From: an uncultured Actinomycetota bacterium
GTDB taxonomy: Bacteria > Actinomycetota > Actinomycetes > Propionibacteriales > Nocardioidaceae
Direction: 5' to 3'
Assembly: GCA_963790175.1 (NCBI GenBank)
Contig: CAWBNM010000003.1
Coordinates: 725,065 to 789,064 of the forward strand
DNA: 64,000 bases
Below the pieces are notes generated by a model. That model worked only from the letters and a program-made list of their open reading frames with translations. It ran no database searches and was not told where the DNA came from. Positions within the stretch are counted from its first letter, which is position 1. Every line of letters begins with the position of its first letter. Of this stretch, positions 48,518-57,944 are shown one piece after another. A program made the position numbers and the translations under genes.

Positions 48518-48781
48518 TCAACCGCGGCAGGCGGCCATCCACGCGGCTGCCGCGTCGGCGGTCCTCGGGAGCATGGACGGGTCGATGTCGCAGGGGACGC
48601 TGGACGACGGCGGATGCGGCAGCGGCTCGCGGTGGTCCTGGATCGCCGCCGCCGCCGGGGCCGTCGAGGCGACACCGGCGAGCAGGAGCCCGGCTGCGGC
48701 GGCGCGGACGGCGAGGGCGGTGGAGCGGCCCCGCGGTCGGGCCGGGTTGGGGATGGGGGTGGGAGCAGCAGTGGTGCACAT
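48518..48781 (-). CDS. Small secreted protein (87 aa; about 41 aa mature, two Cys)
   Basis: AGGAGG RBS, Ala-rich signal peptide ending APAAAA, mature IQDHREP..PCDIDPSMLPRTADAAAAWMAACRG; fills the gap between two genes. Confidence 0.65.
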   Translation of the reverse strand: MCTTAAPTPIPNPARPRGRSTALAVRAAAAGLLLAGVASTAPAAAAIQDHREPLPHPPSSSVPCDIDPSMLPRTADAAAAWMAACRG

Positions 48782-48813
48782 GACGGGACCTCCTGGTCGG
48801 TTCGTTGTCACGG

Positions 48814-48867
48814 ACGGTGTCCCAGCCCGGTGCCAGCCGGGTCCTGCCGTGGTATCGGCCGGGTATC
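48814..48867 (-). promoter_or_regulatory. SARP-type heptamer array and weak -10 for the small secreted gene
   Basis: Minus strand GATACCC, GATACCA, AGGACCC, GGCACCG at exact 11 bp period, then 8 nt, then CACCGT. Confidence 0.68.
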
Positions 48868-48911
48868 AAGCCCGTTGACCGGCGGAGAAGCCCCGGAGGA
48901 CAGTGCCTGGG

Positions 48912-51900
48912 ATGGGCATCGGCGTGCTGGGACCGCTCACGGTCGACGGGGACGTCGGCGCGCCCGGCCCCCGCGACCGGGTGGTGCTGGCGGCGCTGAC
49001 GGTGGCCCGGGGCCGCGTGCTCTCGGCGGAGCAGCTGGCCGACGCGCTGTGGGGCGAGGCCCCGCCGGCCTCGTCGGGCAAGGTCGTCCAGGGCTGCGTG
49101 ATGCGGCTGCGGAAGGTGCTCGGCCGGCAGGCGATCGAGACCTCGCCCCACGGGTACCGACTGGTCGTCGAGGGCGACGACATCGACGCCGCGAGGTTCG
49201 AGCACCTCGTCGGCCGCGCTCGGGAGCTCCTCACCCTCGGCGAGCCCGAGCGGGCCGCGTACGCCGTCGCCGAGGCGCTGGGGCTGTGGCGCGGGCGTCC
49301 CCTGGAGGAGGTCGAGAGCTGGGCGCCGGCGCGGACCGAGGCGGGTCGGCTGCTCGAGCTGAGGTTGGCCGCCGAGGAGCTGGGCGTCGAGTCCGCCCTC
49401 GGCGCCGGTCGCTACCAGGAGGTGCTCGCGGAGGCAGGCAGGCTGGTCGAGGAGGCGCCGGTGCGTGAGCGCCGCTGGGCGCTGCTCGCGCTCGCGCAGT
49501 ACCAGGCCGGACGCCAGAGCGAGGCGCTGCGCACCCTGCACCGGCTGCGTGCCGTGCTGGTGGGCGAGCTCGGTATCGATCCCAGCCCCGACGTGGCGGC
49601 CCTCGAGCAGGCGATCCTGCGCCAGGACCCCTCGCTGGTGGCGGCGACCGGATCGGTCGAGCAGAGCGCCACCTGCCCGTACCGGGGGCTGACCCCGTAC
49701 GAGGTCACCGACACCGACGCCTTCTTCGGGCGCGAGGCCGACGTGACCGACTGCCTGCACCGCCTCGGCTCGACCGGGGTGCTGGTCGTGGTGGGCCCGT
49801 CGGGGAGCGGCAAGTCGTCCCTGGTGCGCGCCGGCATCGCGGCGGCCCGTGGGCGGGCCGGCCGGTCGGTCGTCGTGGTCACACCCGGGCCCCACCCGAT
49901 GGACTCCCTCACGGCGGTGCCGGCCCACGGGCCGCCACCGGTCCTCGTCGTCGACCAGGGGGAGGAGGTCTTCTCCCAGTGCGAGGACCCGGCGGAGCGC
50001 GACCGCTTCTTCGTCGCCCTCGCGGCGCACGCCGAGCGCGCCGAGCTCGTGGTCGTGCTCCGCGCGGACCGGATGGGCGAGGTGGTGGCGCACCCGGACC
50101 TCGCCCGGCTGGTCGAGCGTGGGCTGTACCTGCTCGGGGCGATGGCGGAGGACGACCTGCGTGCTGCGATCTCCGGCCCGGCACGCCAGGCCGGGCTGCT
50201 GGTGGAGCCGGGACTGGTCGACCTGCTCGTGCGCGAGGTGCAGGGAGAGCCGGGCGCGCTCCCGCTGCTGTCGCACGCGCTGCGCGAGACCTGGCTGCGG
50301 CGCGAGGCGCGCACCCTGACCGTGGCGGGCTACCAGGACGGCGGCGGCATCCGAGGAGCGGTGGCGCAATCGGCGGAGCAGGTCTTCGAGCAGGTCGGAC
50401 CGCGTGCGCAGCCGCTGCTGCGCGACCTGTTCCTCCGCCTGGTCGCACCCGCGGAGGGGGACCCGGTGCGGCTCCGGCTGCCGCGGCGGCTGGTGGCCGG
50501 CGATGCCGAGCTGGAGCAGCTCGTCGAGCTGCTGGTCAGCGCCCGGCTGGTGACGAGCGACGACGGCGTGGTCGAGCTCGCGCACGAGGCTCTCGCCCGG
50601 GCGTGGCCCCGGTTGCGGGGATGGCTGGACGACGACACCGGCGGTCGGCGCATCCAGCAGCACCTGACGCTGGCGGCGGACGCCTGGCAGGCGATGGGTC
50701 GCCCCGACAGCGAGCTCTACGGCGGGACCCGGCTCGCGGAGGCCACCGACTGGCGCGACCGGTCCGCCCCGCGCCTGACCCCGACCGAGGCGGCGTTCCT
50801 CGATGCCTCCCACGCCCGCCTCGACGAGGACCTGCGGACGGCCCGCCAGCGGGCCGAGCGGGAGGCCGTGGCACGACGCCGCACCACTCGGCTGGCCGGC
50901 GTGCTGGCGGGAGTCATGGTGCTGGCCCTCGTGGCGGCCGGTCTGGCCGTGCGCTTCCAGCGCGACGCGACGGCCCGCGCGGGGGAGGCCACGGCCGCGA
51001 CCACCCTGGCCGAGGCGAACCGGCTGGCCGCGCTGTCGACCAGCGTCTCCTCCCTGGACCTCTCGCTGCTGCTCGCGGCGGAGGCGGCGCAGGTGGCCGA
51101 CACACCGGAGACCCGCGACGGGCTCCTGGCCGCACTGGTCGAGCACCGGAGGGCGGTCCGGGTCGTGCAGGTCGGCGCGCCGGTCGACGAGCTCGACCTG
51201 GGGGACCGGGGCAGGACGGCGTTCGTCGACCTCGGGCGGACGGTGGTGGCGTGGCGGGTCGGGTCGGGGTCGTCACCCACCGAGGTGCACGACTGGGTCA
51301 ACCCGGGTGACATCGACGCGTCGCCGACCGACGCCGTGGTGGCGGCCATCGACGCGAGCGACCGGGGGGTGGAGGTGTACGACGCGGCCGGCACCGAGCA
51401 GCTGGCGGTGGGATCCCTGGGGGGGTGGGTCCGGCAGATCTCCTACGCCGCCGACGGAGACCGCATCCGGGTGGTGGTCGGTCACGAGACCCCGGAGGGC
51501 GGATGGGTCGGCGACCTCAAGGCGATCGACACCACCACGGGGGCGACCACCGTCCTGCGCCGGGGGCTGGTCAGCTCCGCCGACCCCGCCGGCTTCCCCG
51601 CGGCGTCCTTCTCCGATGACGGCTCCGCCGTGGTCGCGTGGATCGCCACGGAGACGGGTCCTGCCACCTGGACCGACACGGCCGGGGGCGCACCGACCCG
51701 CTTGCAGCTGGAGCCCCGCCCGGTCGAACCCCTCGGCTTCGTGGCGCTGCCCAGCGGCGCAGCCCAGCTGTGGGCCGACGGGGCGGTCACCCTCTACGAC
51801 CGCACCGGGCGGGCGTCCCAGGTCCTCGACGTGCACCAGCAACCGGTGAAGGACGTCGTCCTGGCTGTCGACGGCAGCTGGGCGGCGACCACGGGCGGGG

Positions 51901-53222
51901 ACGGGACCGTGATCATCTGGGACGTCGACGAGAGCAGCGGGACGTGGTCCCAGCGGGAGACCCTCAGCGGCCACTCCGGGGACGTCACCGCGGGCGCCCT
52001 CTCGCCCGACGGTCGGACGCTCTACACCGCGGGCGGCGACCAGAGCGTCATCGGCTGGGACATGAGCGCGGACGCCGGCTTCGGCTCGTCCTACCCCCAC
52101 CTGGAGGACCGGTGGATCGCGAACCGACCGGAGACGGTCGTCCCCGGGCGGCTCGTCGTCGCGCCCACGCGCCCGCTCTCCCGCCTCGCCGCCGGTGCCC
52201 CGGTGCCTGCCGACGACACGCGCACCGTCTCGGCGACGTTCCTGGACCCGGCCACGGGTCGGGTGGTCGACCAGGTCCGGGTCGGCAGGTCCGTCGAGGG
52301 TGCCATGTTCGGCTCCTCGGTGGCCGTGAGCCCGGACGGGCGGATGGTCGCGGTCACCTCCGCCCTCGCGACCACGGTGCTCGACACGCGGACCCGCGAG
52401 AGGCTCGGCCGGGTCCTCCTGCCGCCGGTCGGGGACGAGCTCCCGCACGAGCCGGTGTGGGCGGCCGGGTGGAGCCGGGACGGTGCACAGCTGCTCCTCG
52501 GTGCCGAGGGGGACCTCGACGACGGGCACGACGGTGGCTTGGTCGTCGTCGACCCCGAGACCTGGACGGTGCAGCGGCGGGTGGAGCTCGGGAGCAACGT
52601 GCAGGCGATCGAGCAGAGCCCGGACGGTCGGGTGCTGGCCGTCGGGGAGTCGCCCGTGCGGGACCTCTCCGGCCGGGAGGTGGTGCAGCTGCTCGACGCC
52701 GCCACGCTGGAGCCGTTGGCCAGCATGCGACTGACCGACGACGACTTCACCCACGACCTGTCCTTCTCGCCGGACGGGGCCCGGCTCGCGGTCGGCGGAG
52801 CGCTCGGGCTGCTCACGGTGTTCGACCTCGAGGCGGGGTCGAGGGCCCACGAGCCGGTCAAGGTGCAGGACCACTTCGTCCAGCAGGTCGAGTGGACGCC
52901 GGACGGGCAGACCGTCCTCGCGTCGGGGGCCGACGGGGAGGTCGCGCTGTACGACGTGCAGCGCGACGTGGTGAGGGCGGTCCCGCTGCCCGGCTCCAGC
53001 GACGTGGCGACGTCGGCCGACGTGGTGAACGGCTACACCCACCTCCTCCCCGGCACCTCCGCCGAGGTCGTCGCCCTCAGCGGCGCGAGGTCCGGGCACC
53101 GCTACCCGATGGACCCGACGGTCTGGCTGGACGAGGTCTGCACGATCGTCGGGCGCGACCTCACCGAGGCCGAGTGGTCCCGCTACGTGCCGGAGCGCCC
53201 GTACCGGCAGACCTGCGGCTGA
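48912..53222 (+). CDS. Second SARP (wHTH+BTAD)-nSTAND1-TM-WD40 protein
   Basis: VLGPL, RLRKVLG, ALGLWRG, PVRERRW, LGIDPS; CPYRGL..FFGRE, GPSGSGKSS, VVDQGEE, LPLLSHAL, ELAHEAL..WPRL; TM about 50892-50951; WD repeats; C-terminal C..GRDLT..EW..Y.P..PY...C. Confidence 0.92.
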   Translation: MGIGVLGPLTVDGDVGAPGPRDRVVLAALTVARGRVLSAEQLADALWGEAPPASSGKVVQGCVMRLRKVLGRQAIETSPHGYRLVVEGDDIDAARFEHLVGRARELLTLGEPERAAYAVAEALGLWRGRPLEEVESWAPARTEAGRLLELRLAAEELGVESALGAGRYQEVLAEAGRLVEEAPVRERRWALLALAQYQAGRQSEALRTLHRLRAVLVGELGIDPSPDVAALEQAILRQDPSLVAATGSVEQSATCPYRGLTPYEVTDTDAFFGREADVTDCLHRLGSTGVLVVVGPSGSGKSSLVRAGIAAARGRAGRSVVVVTPGPHPMDSLTAVPAHGPPPVLVVDQGEEVFSQCEDPAERDRFFVALAAHAERAELVVVLRADRMGEVVAHPDLARLVERGLYLLGAMAEDDLRAAISGPARQAGLLVEPGLVDLLVREVQGEPGALPLLSHALRETWLRREARTLTVAGYQDGGGIRGAVAQSAEQVFEQVGPRAQPLLRDLFLRLVAPAEGDPVRLRLPRRLVAGDAELEQLVELLVSARLVTSDDGVVELAHEALARAWPRLRGWLDDDTGGRRIQQHLTLAADAWQAMGRPDSELYGGTRLAEATDWRDRSAPRLTPTEAAFLDASHARLDEDLRTARQRAEREAVARRRTTRLAGVLAGVMVLALVAAGLAVRFQRDATARAGEATAATTLAEANRLAALSTSVSSLDLSLLLAAEAAQVADTPETRDGLLAALVEHRRAVRVVQVGAPVDELDLGDRGRTAFVDLGRTVVAWRVGSGSSPTEVHDWVNPGDIDASPTDAVVAAIDASDRGVEVYDAAGTEQLAVGSLGGWVRQISYAADGDRIRVVVGHETPEGGWVGDLKAIDTTTGATTVLRRGLVSSADPAGFPAASFSDDGSAVVAWIATETGPATWTDTAGGAPTRLQLEPRPVEPLGFVALPSGAAQLWADGAVTLYDRTGRASQVLDVHQQPVKDVVLAVDGSWAATTGGDGTVIIWDVDESSGTWSQRETLSGHSGDVTAGALSPDGRTLYTAGGDQSVIGWDMSADAGFGSSYPHLEDRWIANRPETVVPGRLVVAPTRPLSRLAAGAPVPADDTRTVSATFLDPATGRVVDQVRVGRSVEGAMFGSSVAVSPDGRMVAVTSALATTVLDTRTRERLGRVLLPPVGDELPHEPVWAAGWSRDGAQLLLGAEGDLDDGHDGGLVVVDPETWTVQRRVELGSNVQAIEQSPDGRVLAVGESPVRDLSGREVVQLLDAATLEPLASMRLTDDDFTHDLSFSPDGARLAVGGALGLLTVFDLEAGSRAHEPVKVQDHFVQQVEWTPDGQTVLASGADGEVALYDVQRDVVRAVPLPGSSDVATSADVVNGYTHLLPGTSAEVVALSGARSGHRYPMDPTVWLDEVCTIVGRDLTEAEWSRYVPERPYRQTCG

Positions 53223-53237
53223 CGGCGCACGCGGCGA

Positions 53238-54179
53238 TCAGCCGCCGACGAGCTCGACCACCTCGGCCGCGACCGCCTCCTGCTCGACGGCGAACGGGTG
53301 GAACGCCAGTGCCTGCTCGGGGTCGGTCTCCGCGCCGTTGACCCACGGCTCGTCGGCGCACACGTCGTGGTCCTCGCTGAGCTCCAGCACGTCGACCACC
53401 TGCGCGTCGGCGGCGCGGGCGCCGGCGGCGATCGATCGGGAGAGCGCGTCGCCGACCTCGCGGACGTAGGCGTAGTCGCCGTCGGCCAGCGGCGCCTCGG
53501 GGCAGGTGCCCTCCTCGGGCAGCAGCTGCGGGTAGGTGACCACCACGACCTCCGCGTTCGGCGCCCGGTCGCGGATGCCGGCCACGATCGCCTCGATCCG
53601 GTCGTCCAGCGCGCGGACGGCGGGCAGCAGGTCCTGCGGCGTCCCCTCCAACGCCTCGGTGCACGGCGCGCCGTCGGGGTCCTCCTCGGCCAGCGGGAAG
53701 CACTGCTGGAGCAGCGTGGTGAACAGGCCGACGTCGTTGCCGCCGATGCCGAGGGTGACCACGTCGGTCTGCCGGGACAGCGCCTCGAACTGCGGCGGGC
53801 GGGTCGCGCCGTCCTGGGTCTGCTGCACGCCGATCATCGAGGTGCTCGTCGCGCCGACGCAGCTGACGTCGGTCAGCTCCCAGCCCAGCTCCTCGGCCAC
53901 CAGGTGCGGGTAGTTGCCCCCCGACTGCAGGCAGCCGTCGGCGGTGTCGGTCGGCGGCACCAGCGGCGCGGCGGTGTAGGAGTCGCCGAGCGCGACGTAC
54001 TGCGTCCCGTCCCCGGCAGGCGGCTCGGACGCGGAGGCGGACGGGGAGCCGGCCGCGGACGTCGACGGGGTGGCCTCGGGCGGGTCGGCGGCGTCGTCGG
54101 CGCCGCACCCGACCAGCAGCAGCGCGCCGGTCAGGAGGCCCACCACCGCCCGGAGCATCGGGGCAGGGGGGAGCGGCAT
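53238..54179 (-). CDS. SGNH/GDSL hydrolase lipoprotein
   Basis: LVGC lipobox, YVALGDSY, SCVGA, GIGGND, FHP. Confidence 0.9.
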   Translation of the reverse strand: MPLPPAPMLRAVVGLLTGALLLVGCGADDAADPPEATPSTSAAGSPSASASEPPAGDGTQYVALGDSYTAAPLVPPTDTADGCLQSGGNYPHLVAEELGWELTDVSCVGATSTSMIGVQQTQDGATRPPQFEALSRQTDVVTLGIGGNDVGLFTTLLQQCFPLAEEDPDGAPCTEALEGTPQDLLPAVRALDDRIEAIVAGIRDRAPNAEVVVVTYPQLLPEEGTCPEAPLADGDYAYVREVGDALSRSIAAGARAADAQVVDVLELSEDHDVCADEPWVNGAETDPEQALAFHPFAVEQEAVAAEVVELVGG

Positions 54180-54189
54180 GGCCGCCAAC

Positions 54190-55365
54190 CTACGGGGTGG
54201 CGCCCAGCGCGATGACCAGCCGCAGCACGGTGGCCGGGTCCTCGAGGTCGTCGCCGAACAGCTCGCGGACCTGGCCCATCCGGTAGCGCACGGTCTGCGG
54301 GTGCACGAACAGCTCGGCGGCGACCGCCTCGCGGCGGCCCTGGTGGAGCAGCCACGAGCGCAGCGTGGCCGCGAGCTTCTCCGCCGCGGCCGGCTTCAGC
54401 CCCGCCAGCGGGGCGAGCACCTGCACGCGCAGGTCGGCGAGCGCGTCGGCGTCGGCGGTGAGGACCAGCCGGTCCAGCTGCTGCTCGGTGTCGCCGAGCA
54501 GGCCCAGCGCCCGCGCCCGGCCGGCGCGCTCCACCGAGCGGCGCACCTCGAGCCACTGGCGGGCCGGGCCCACCACGACGCCGCGACCCTCGAGCCGTCG
54601 CAGCACGGTCACCCGGTGGCTGCCGTGCACCTCGGGGACCAGGAGGACGGCGGCGTCCTCCAGACCCACCACCTCGTCGACCTGCAGCGTCGCGGGGGAC
54701 AGCGCGGCGAGCGCGGGGCGGACCTGCGCCGCCGGCACCACCAGCGCGGCCAGCGTCTCGGGCGGCGTCCAGCCGGCCTCCTCGGCCGCGGTGCGGACCG
54801 CCTGCTCGGGGGCGCCGTCGACCAGCAGCCGCGCGAGGTGCTCGAGCAGCCGCTCGCGCACCCGACCGGTGGTCGCGAGCTCGTCGTCGTGCCCCGCGAC
54901 GCTGCTGGCGGAGAGCTCGTCGATGTAGGCGAAGACCAGCTCGGCGAACCTGGCCACGTCCTCGGCGGCCAGCCCGCCGGTCACCGCGGCGGCCGACATC
55001 TCCCGCCACGAGACACGGGCCCCGATCCGGTACGCCGAGAGCAGCGCCTCGGTCGTCCGCCCGTCGCGGGCCTCGCCGCGGCCCAGCTGGTAGGCGCCGT
55101 CGACCGCCGGGGCGGTCGGCGTGCGCGGGTCGATCTCCCTGCCACCGGCGGCCAGGGAGAGGAATCCGCCCAGCGCGAGCTGGACGGCGTTGCGGATGGT
55201 GCGACCCATCCGGCCGCCCAGCGCGTCCTCGTAGCTGGGCACCTCGGCGATGATGGCCGCGACGACGTCGTCGGCGACCCGCGGCAGCTCGGCGCGGATC
55301 GCGGTGGCGGCCTCCGCGGGCAGCGGGCGGCCGCCACCGACGGCGTCCCGGGCGGACTCACTCAT
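54190..55365 (-). CDS. PucR/CdaR family transcriptional regulator
   Basis: C-terminal VAAELFVHPQTVRYRM HTH; divergent from the desaturase operon. Confidence 0.88.
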   Translation of the reverse strand: MSESARDAVGGGRPLPAEAATAIRAELPRVADDVVAAIIAEVPSYEDALGGRMGRTIRNAVQLALGGFLSLAAGGREIDPRTPTAPAVDGAYQLGRGEARDGRTTEALLSAYRIGARVSWREMSAAAVTGGLAAEDVARFAELVFAYIDELSASSVAGHDDELATTGRVRERLLEHLARLLVDGAPEQAVRTAAEEAGWTPPETLAALVVPAAQVRPALAALSPATLQVDEVVGLEDAAVLLVPEVHGSHRVTVLRRLEGRGVVVGPARQWLEVRRSVERAGRARALGLLGDTEQQLDRLVLTADADALADLRVQVLAPLAGLKPAAAEKLAATLRSWLLHQGRREAVAAELFVHPQTVRYRMGQVRELFGDDLEDPATVLRLVIALGATP

Positions 55366-55421
55366 CGGACCTCCCGTCCTTCATCCTCAGCGAACAAAGC
55401 ATACCGCCGGAATCACGTCGA

Positions 55422-55441
55422 GGGCACAGGAGTTTGTGCCC
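55422..55441. promoter_or_regulatory. Candidate operator between regulator and desaturase operon
   Basis: GGGCACA-N6-TGTGCCC palindrome. Confidence 0.45.
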
Positions 55442-55462
55442 GCGGTCGAGCAGACTAGGAGC

Positions 55463-56621
55463 ATGCCTTCCTCGACGCCCCTCCGACTGGCCCCCGCCGG
55501 CCGGTCGCGCGCCCCCCGCGGGCTCCGCGCGGCCGTCGGCGCGCGCGCCCGCCGCGTCGCCGAGGCCGCGGTGACCCCGCTCGAGCTCGACGACGTGCTC
55601 GACGTCGTTCCACCCGCTGCGCGCCGGTGGCCCGTTGCGCGGCCGCGTCGTGGCCGTGCACCCCGAGACCCGCGACGCCGCGACCATCGAGATCAAGCCC
55701 GGCGCCGACTGGGACGGTCACGTGCCCGGGCAGTACGTGCGCATCGGGATCGACGTCGACGGCGTGCGCCACTGGCGCGCGTACTCGCTGACCCACGGCC
55801 CCCGCCGCGACGGGCACATCGCGATCACCGTCAAGGCGGTGCCGGACGGCCACGTCAGCAGCCACCTGGTCCACGACGCCCGACCCGGCACGCTGGTCCA
55901 CCTCGAGCAGGCCGCCGGGGAGTTCGTGCTGCCGCCGGAGTCGCGCAAGCTGCTCTTCGTCACCGCCGGCTCCGGGATCACCCCGGTGATCGGGATGCTG
56001 CGCAACCTGTTCCCCGCCACCGACGAGGGCGTGCTGCTGCCCGACGGCGGGTCGCACCGCGACATCGTGGTCGTCCACGTCGCGCCCAGCCAGCCCGACT
56101 CGATCTTCCACGACGACCTCGTCGCGCTCGACGGGGCCGGGGCGATCCGCCTGGTCGCGCGCTACGACGACGAGCACGGCGTCCTGGACGTCGGCTCGCT
56201 CCACGACCTGGTGCCCGACCTGACCGAGCGCCGGACGTTCGCCTGCGGCCCCTCGGGCCTGCTCGACGCCCTCGACGCCCACCACGCCGAGCACGGGCTG
56301 GAGCTGTTCGTCGAGCAGTTCCGCACCAGCCGGGTCGAGCCGGGCGAGGGCGGCACCATCACCTTCGCCGACGGCACCGCCGTCGAGGCCGACGGCGCCA
56401 CCCCGATCCTCGACGCCGCCGAGAGCGCCGGTGTGCTGATGCCCAGCGGCTGCCGGATGGGCATCTGCATGGGTTGCGTGCTGCCGATGCGCGAGGGCGC
56501 CGTCCGCGATCTCCGCAACGGCACCGTCACCACGGCCGTGCCCGGCGAGACCGACCCCGGCGGCGTCCGCATCCAGACCTGCATCAGCGCCGCCGCCGGC
56601 ACCTGCGAGATCGACCACTAG
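55463..56621 (+). CDS. Ferredoxin reductase partner of DesA3 (Rv3230c-like), +1 frameshift near 55606
   Basis: PGQY, RAYSLT, AGSGITP, ACGP, GCRMGICMGC..C; N-terminus from ATG 55463 lies in another frame. Confidence 0.88.
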
Positions 56622-56686
56622 GCCGCACCCGACCGGCCCCACCGACCACCTGCCCGGACCCACCACCGCACCCCACGGAGGCCCCC

Positions 56687-57928
56687 ATGACCGCCATCAC
56701 CAAGAAGCCCGAGAACCCCACCGCGCACCTCACCGAGGCCGACGTCGAGCAGATCGGCGTCGAGCTCGACGCGATCCGCCAGAGCATCATCGACGACCGC
56801 GGCGCCTCCGACGCGGCCTACATCCGCCGGATGGTCGACGTGCAGCGCAAGCTCGAGCTCGGCAGCCGCGCCGTGCTGCTGGCCAGCGCGTTCCCGCCGG
56901 CCTGGGTCGCGGGCACCATCGGGCTGAGCATCGCCAAGATCCTCGAGAACATGGAGATCGGGCACAACGTCATGCACGGCCAGTGGGACTGGATGCGCGA
57001 CCCGAAGATCCACTCCACCACCTGGGAGTGGGACAACGCCTCGACCGCCGAGGGCTGGAAGCACTCGCACAACGAGGTGCACCACACGTACACGAACATC
57101 GTCGGCAAGGACAACGACCTCGGCTACGGCATCATGCGCGTCGACGAGGACCAGCGCTGGGTCCCGATGTACCTCGCGCAGCCGCTGTGGAACGCGATCA
57201 ACGCCTGCTTCTTCGAGTACGGCATCGCCGCCTACGACCTCGAGCTCGGCAAGAACCTGTCGATCCCGAAGGACAAGCGCAGCGACGAGTTCAAGCGCCG
57301 TGCCCGCAACACGGTCACCAAGATCCGCAAGCAGGCCACCAAGGACTACGTCGTGAACCCGGCCCTGGCGCTGCCCTTCGGCGGCTTCCTGCCGGCCCTG
57401 GCCGCGAACTTCACCGCCAACGTCGTGCGCAACGTCTGGTCGCACTCGGTCATCATGTGCGGCCACTTCCCCGAGGGTGTCGAGACCTTCGAGCGCAAGG
57501 CGATCCCGGCGGACGAGACCCGCGGTCAGTGGTACGTGCGCCAGATGCTGGGCTCGGCCAACATCTCCGGCTCCAAGGCGATGCACCTGATGACCGGCAA
57601 CCTCTCGCACCAGATCGAGCACCACCTGTTCCCGGACCTGCCGTCGAACCGGTACGCCGAGATCGCCCCGAAGGTGAAGGCGCTCTTCGACAAGTACGAG
57701 CTGCGCTACCACGAGGCGCCGCTGCCCCAGCAGGTCGGCAGCGCCTGGCACAAGGTCGTCCGGCTCTCGCTGCCGAACGGCTTCCTGGCCACGACCACGC
57801 CGAAGAACGTGCCCAGCCAGCTCAAGCTGCTCTACGGCATGGCGACCGGTGGCCCCAAGGTCCGCCGCGCCGCCCAGGCCCGCCTCGAGCAGCAGGCCCG
57901 CCGGATCCAGGCCGCCAAGGCCGCCTGA
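56687..57928 (+). CDS. desA3: Membrane acyl-CoA desaturase (DesA3-like)
   Basis: ENMEIGHNVMHGQWDWM, HNEVHH, QIEHHLFP histidine boxes. Confidence 0.92.
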   Translation: MTAITKKPENPTAHLTEADVEQIGVELDAIRQSIIDDRGASDAAYIRRMVDVQRKLELGSRAVLLASAFPPAWVAGTIGLSIAKILENMEIGHNVMHGQWDWMRDPKIHSTTWEWDNASTAEGWKHSHNEVHHTYTNIVGKDNDLGYGIMRVDEDQRWVPMYLAQPLWNAINACFFEYGIAAYDLELGKNLSIPKDKRSDEFKRRARNTVTKIRKQATKDYVVNPALALPFGGFLPALAANFTANVVRNVWSHSVIMCGHFPEGVETFERKAIPADETRGQWYVRQMLGSANISGSKAMHLMTGNLSHQIEHHLFPDLPSNRYAEIAPKVKALFDKYELRYHEAPLPQQVGSAWHKVVRLSLPNGFLATTTPKNVPSQLKLLYGMATGGPKVRRAAQARLEQQARRIQAAKAA

Positions 57929-57944
57929 GCGCCGGCCCGGCGCA

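Noticed and set aside
32250-53222. STAND proteins as Avs-type anti-phage defence
   Set aside because: N-termini are SARP DNA-binding activators, not nuclease/TIR/SIR2 effectors, and the sensor lies beyond a TM helix; an indirect defence role is not excluded
55250-57928. 892 aa ORF suggesting a reductase-desaturase fusion
   Set aside because: Artefact of the frameshift near 55606; the reductase stops at 56621 and the desaturase has its own RBS and ATG at 56687
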